From Acidobacteriota bacterium (lineage in GTDB: Bacteria > Acidobacteriota > UBA6911): 64,000 nucleotides of DNA. The notes under the pieces are model-generated. The model saw only the letters and a program-made list of their open reading frames with translations. It was not told where the DNA came from and made no database searches. The stretch spans positions 4,736,001 through 4,800,000 of the forward strand of contig OY761556.1 in assembly GCA_963664705.1 (NCBI GenBank). Reading direction: 5' to 3'. This document shows positions 60,640 to 64,000 of this stretch, in pieces. Position 1 is the stretch's first letter; every line of letters begins with the position of its first letter. A program made the position numbers and the translations under genes.

Positions 60640-63600
60640 ATGATCCGAAACACAAGGATAGTGACCAGTTTTGTTGCGGTCCTGATTGTAGTCAGCCTTT
60701 TTGGGCTGGCCTCCTACATCAACACCCAACGCCTGATCAGCGGCAACAAGTGGTTACTGCACACACACCAGGTAGTCGAAAACCTCCAGGAAATCCTGTC
60801 TGTACTCAAGGATGCTGAAACCGGACAACGCGGCTATATCCTTTCAGGCCAGGATCACTACCTGGAACCCTATAACATCGCGACCAGCCGCATTGAAAGC
60901 CGATTTGCAATATTGGCTGAACTGATCCAGGACGATGCCGTCCAGCAATCGAACCTTGATCGCCTCCAACGGATGACTGCCTTGAAGCTGGATGAACTGA
61001 AACAGACGATTGAGCTGCGGCGCCGCTCCGGTCTGGACGCGGCCATGCCCATCATCCTCAGCGACCGCGGCAAAAATACAATGGACGACATCCGGGGTCT
61101 CGTCTCGCGGATGGACGAACGCGAACGGGCAGATCTTCAGCTGCAGCAAAAAGATTCCGAGAGCAGAGCGCGGATGACCATGTGGACAATCGCAGCGGGA
61201 CTGCCATTGTCCTTATTGGTTCTGGCGGTAGCGGCCCTCACGCTGACAGGCAGCGGCCTATATACCGATGCAATTGCCGGGCTGGTCACCAAACGATCCC
61301 TGTGGGAAAAGAGATTTCTACGCTATTTCCTTGCCATCGTCGCTGCCGTCCTGGCAGGAATTCTCCGGCAGTGGCTTCTGCATTTTGGCCCCTTGCCGCT
61401 ATACATTACGTTCTACCCCGCCGTTCTGCTGGTGGCCACGATCAGCGGCGGAGGCCCCGGCATCATCACTACTGTCTTGTCGGGATTCATTACCCTCTAC
61501 TATTTCATTACACCCCATGGACAGTTTTCAATCGAATCTCCGTCGGATCTGCTGGCTTTGGCCATCTTTATCGGAACCAACCTGACCCTGTGTGTGATTG
61601 CCGAACGCCTTAGACGGGCCCGTTGGGCCGAGGCCATGAGCATTGCAAAACAGCAGGAATCCGAGGAACTGGCGAAAAAGAATGAAGAGTTGGTCCAGCA
61701 GTCGGAAGAGCTCCTGCAACAATCGGAAGAGCTGGCTCAGCAAAACGAGGAACTCCAGTCCCAGTCCGAGGAAATACAAACGCTCAACACCGAGCTGACC
61801 GGTCGGGAAAACATGCTTCGGAAACTTCTCGAAGCCGCCCGGTTGCATCACTCCGAGGAGTCCGTCCTGAAGGAGGTATGCTCCGCAGCCAAAGATATCC
61901 TGGGCTCGGCAGCTTCAGCGGTTGTTATATGCGAAAAGAAAGGAGAGGCGTTGTTCATCCGCGCGCAAGCCGGATCACGGGAAACACCCAAGCCATGGGC
62001 TATCGAGGGATCCTTTCCGGGGCTGGTGATGCAGGAAGGACGCACGGCCTGCCTGAACGATTCCTCGCTGCGCCCGGACCTGAAGCTTCTCCAGGTTCCC
62101 GAGGCAACGCCATTCCAGTCCGCCCTGTCAACGCCGCTGCGTGTCGGCAGCGAGAATTTCGGAGCCGTCACCGTCTATGGCCTGCATAAACAGCAGTGGA
62201 CCGAAGAACAGTTTCGTCTGGTTGAATGGCTTGCCACACAATGCGGCCATATTTTAGAAACTCTCAAATTGCAGGATCAGCTGCGCGCAACAGCCGATCA
62301 GAACCGGCTGCTTTCCGATTTGCTTGAACACTCGGAACAGCCCTTCGGCATCGGTTATCCCGATGGGAGATTGGGTTATGTCAATGCGGCATTTGAGCGT
62401 CTCACCGGATATACAAGGCCAGAGCTTGAAACCATGGACTGGGCCAATGTATTGACGCCTCCACAGTGGCGATCCATCGAGCAGGAAAAGCTCAAAGAAC
62501 TCCAATCCACCGGACAGTCCGCACGCTATGCCAAGGAATATGCTCGAAAGGATGGCACCTGTATTCCCATAGAGCTCCTGGTTCATTTGATCAAAGACGG
62601 CAAGGACCAACCGCTCTACTACTACTCCTTTATCACCGATATTTCGGAACGCAAAAAGACCGAAGCCGAGGTGCAGAAACTCGCGCAGCAGCGTCAGTTG
62701 GCCTTGGATGCGTCCCACCTGGGCTGGTGGCATTTTGATCCGTTGACGCAGGTATCCTCCTGGGATGTGCGTTACCGCGAAATTTTTGGCGTATCCGGAC
62801 ACAGCCGCCCCAACGAGGAAATACTCAAGCGTCTCCATCCCGAAGACCTTCCCGGCGTCTGGGCCAAAGTTGAAGCCGCTCTGAATCCGGCGGATCCCAA
62901 GCCCTATTCGGCCGAATACCGCATTAACCTGCCGGATGGATCCATGAAATGGATCGAAGCCCATGGCGTGGCAACTTTCGACGGTAAAGATTCGCAGCGG
63001 CGCGCAGTGGCCCTTGTCGGCACGGTGGCGGATATTTCCGAACGAAAGCGGGCAGAGGAGTTGCTGCGGGACACCAATACTCTGCTGGAACAGAGAGTGG
63101 AGGAGAGAACAAAAGACCTGGCGCAGCGAGCCGCACAGCTTCGAGCCCTTGCCGGCGAACTGACTATGACCGAGCAGCGCGAAAGAAGTCGCCTGGCCAG
63201 GGTATTGCACGATCATCTGCAGCAACTGCTGGTCGCCGCCAAGTTTCGGCTGGCAATTCTTGGCAAAGGTGCCGAAGATCTGATCAAAAAGGCGATCACC
63301 GAAGTCGAAAGCCTGGTCGACGAATCGATTGCGGCCTCGCGATCCCTGACTGCGGAACTCAGTCCGCCGATCCTTCACGAGGCCGGACTGAAGGAGGGAT
63401 TGGAATGGCTGGCCCGAAGAATGGCGGATAAACAGGGGCTGATCGTGGATCTGGAAATGGAAGATATCGCGCCCTTGCCCGACGATCTGAAGATCATGCT
63501 GTTTGAATCGGTCCGGGAGTTGCTGTTCAACATTGTCAAGCACGCGCATACACATTCCGCATCCCTGAATCTGCGACGGGTAGACGGGCTTCTGCAATTA

Positions 63601-64000
63601 ACCATCTCGGATGAAGGGGATGGCTTCGATCCGAATGCACTGCCGAAACCCGGGGAATCCGGCCATGGATTCGGACTATTCAGTGTTCGGGAGAGACTGG
63701 AGCTTTTTGAGGGAAGCATGGAAATTCAAAGTGCTCCCGCTCAAGGCAGCCGAATCTTTCTGTCTGTCCCGATACCGGAACACTCCATTGCACCCAAGCA
63801 CGTCGATCAGCCCCCAGTGTCGCCGGAAATACCGGTCTTTCAGCAGCGCTCCGGCCCGGCGCCGGATAAAAAGATCCGCGTGCTGCTGGCGGACGATCAC
63901 TCTGTCGTCAGACAGGGGATTGCCGCCATGCTCGGCATGGAGTTGGACATGGAAGTTGTTGGAGGCGCATCCACGGGACATGAGGCGATTGCGCTCGCAG
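60640..64000 (+). CDS. Membrane hybrid histidine kinase CHASE3-DUF4118-like-coiled coil-GAF-PAS-PAS-HisKA_3-HATPase-REC, truncated by the window end
   Basis: Absent from the ORF track (no stop in window); translates MIRNTRIV...DAETGQRGY (CHASE3), YITFYPAVL, LHDHLQQ, NIVKHA, VLLADDH. Confidence 0.92.
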   Translation, partial: MIRNTRIVTSFVAVLIVVSLFGLASYINTQRLISGNKWLLHTHQVVENLQEILSVLKDAETGQRGYILSGQDHYLEPYNIATSRIESRFAILAELIQDDAVQQSNLDRLQRMTALKLDELKQTIELRRRSGLDAAMPIILSDRGKNTMDDIRGLVSRMDERERADLQLQQKDSESRARMTMWTIAAGLPLSLLVLAVAALTLTGSGLYTDAIAGLVTKRSLWEKRFLRYFLAIVAAVLAGILRQWLLHFGPLPLYITFYPAVLLVATISGGGPGIITTVLSGFITLYYFITPHGQFSIESPSDLLALAIFIGTNLTLCVIAERLRRARWAEAMSIAKQQESEELAKKNEELVQQSEELLQQSEELAQQNEELQSQSEEIQTLNTELTGRENMLRKLLEAARLHHSEESVLKEVCSAAKDILGSAASAVVICEKKGEALFIRAQAGSRETPKPWAIEGSFPGLVMQEGRTACLNDSSLRPDLKLLQVPEATPFQSALSTPLRVGSENFGAVTVYGLHKQQWTEEQFRLVEWLATQCGHILETLKLQDQLRATADQNRLLSDLLEHSEQPFGIGYPDGRLGYVNAAFERLTGYTRPELETMDWANVLTPPQWRSIEQEKLKELQSTGQSARYAKEYARKDGTCIPIELLVHLIKDGKDQPLYYYSFITDISERKKTEAEVQKLAQQRQLALDASHLGWWHFDPLTQVSSWDVRYREIFGVSGHSRPNEEILKRLHPEDLPGVWAKVEAALNPADPKPYSAEYRINLPDGSMKWIEAHGVATFDGKDSQRRAVALVGTVADISERKRAEELLRDTNTLLEQRVEERTKDLAQRAAQLRALAGELTMTEQRERSRLARVLHDHLQQLLVAAKFRLAILGKGAEDLIKKAITEVESLVDESIAASRSLTAELSPPILHEAGLKEGLEWLARRMADKQGLIVDLEMEDIAPLPDDLKIMLFESVRELLFNIVKHAHTHSASLNLRRVDGLLQLTISDEGDGFDPNALPKPGESGHGFGLFSVRERLELFEGSMEIQSAPAQGSRIFLSVPIPEHSIAPKHVDQPPVSPEIPVFQQRSGPAPDKKIRVLLADDHSVVRQGIAAMLGMELDMEVVGGASTGHEAIALA

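Noticed and set aside
62254-63597. 447-aa minus-strand ORF
   Set aside because: Antisense to the real + strand kinase 60640..>64000, which the ORF track omits

Overview
Bacterial genomic window, most likely Acidobacteriota, judging from a TIGR03435-like protein, an Oar-like TonB-dependent receptor and Acidobacteria-type secreted proteins. It is gene-dense and dominated by redox, envelope and signalling functions. In order it carries: a GT39-like glycosyltransferase; a TetR-controlled xanthine-dehydrogenase-family molybdoenzyme operon; a cytochrome c/beta-barrel fusion with a pentahaem cytochrome; a sigma-54 two-component cassette with a cupredoxin and a porin (the kinase is frameshifted); a cupredoxin/barrel/Rieske cluster; a TonB receptor with GntR; pyk; a Tat flavoprotein; an RND pump; uup; a KaiA-less kaiB-crp-kaiC-kaiB-kinase locus; and cheR with a CHASE3 kinase running off the right edge. 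Strongest hidden signals: (1) two ORFs at 27530-29347 are one exported selenoprotein (in-frame TGA in U-x-x-C followed by a SECIS-like hairpin; UGSC-like family); (2) a TGTTG-N6-CAACA Crp-type box sits upstream of kaiC and crp, with a variant upstream of kaiB; (3) three tandem ~163-185 bp multi-hairpin repeats lie in the gntR leader; (4) a histidine kinase with methyl-accepting-like EE heptads sits next to a stand-alone CheR. No rRNA, tRNA, CRISPR array or transposase was recognised. All family assignments come from recalled motifs, not database searches.
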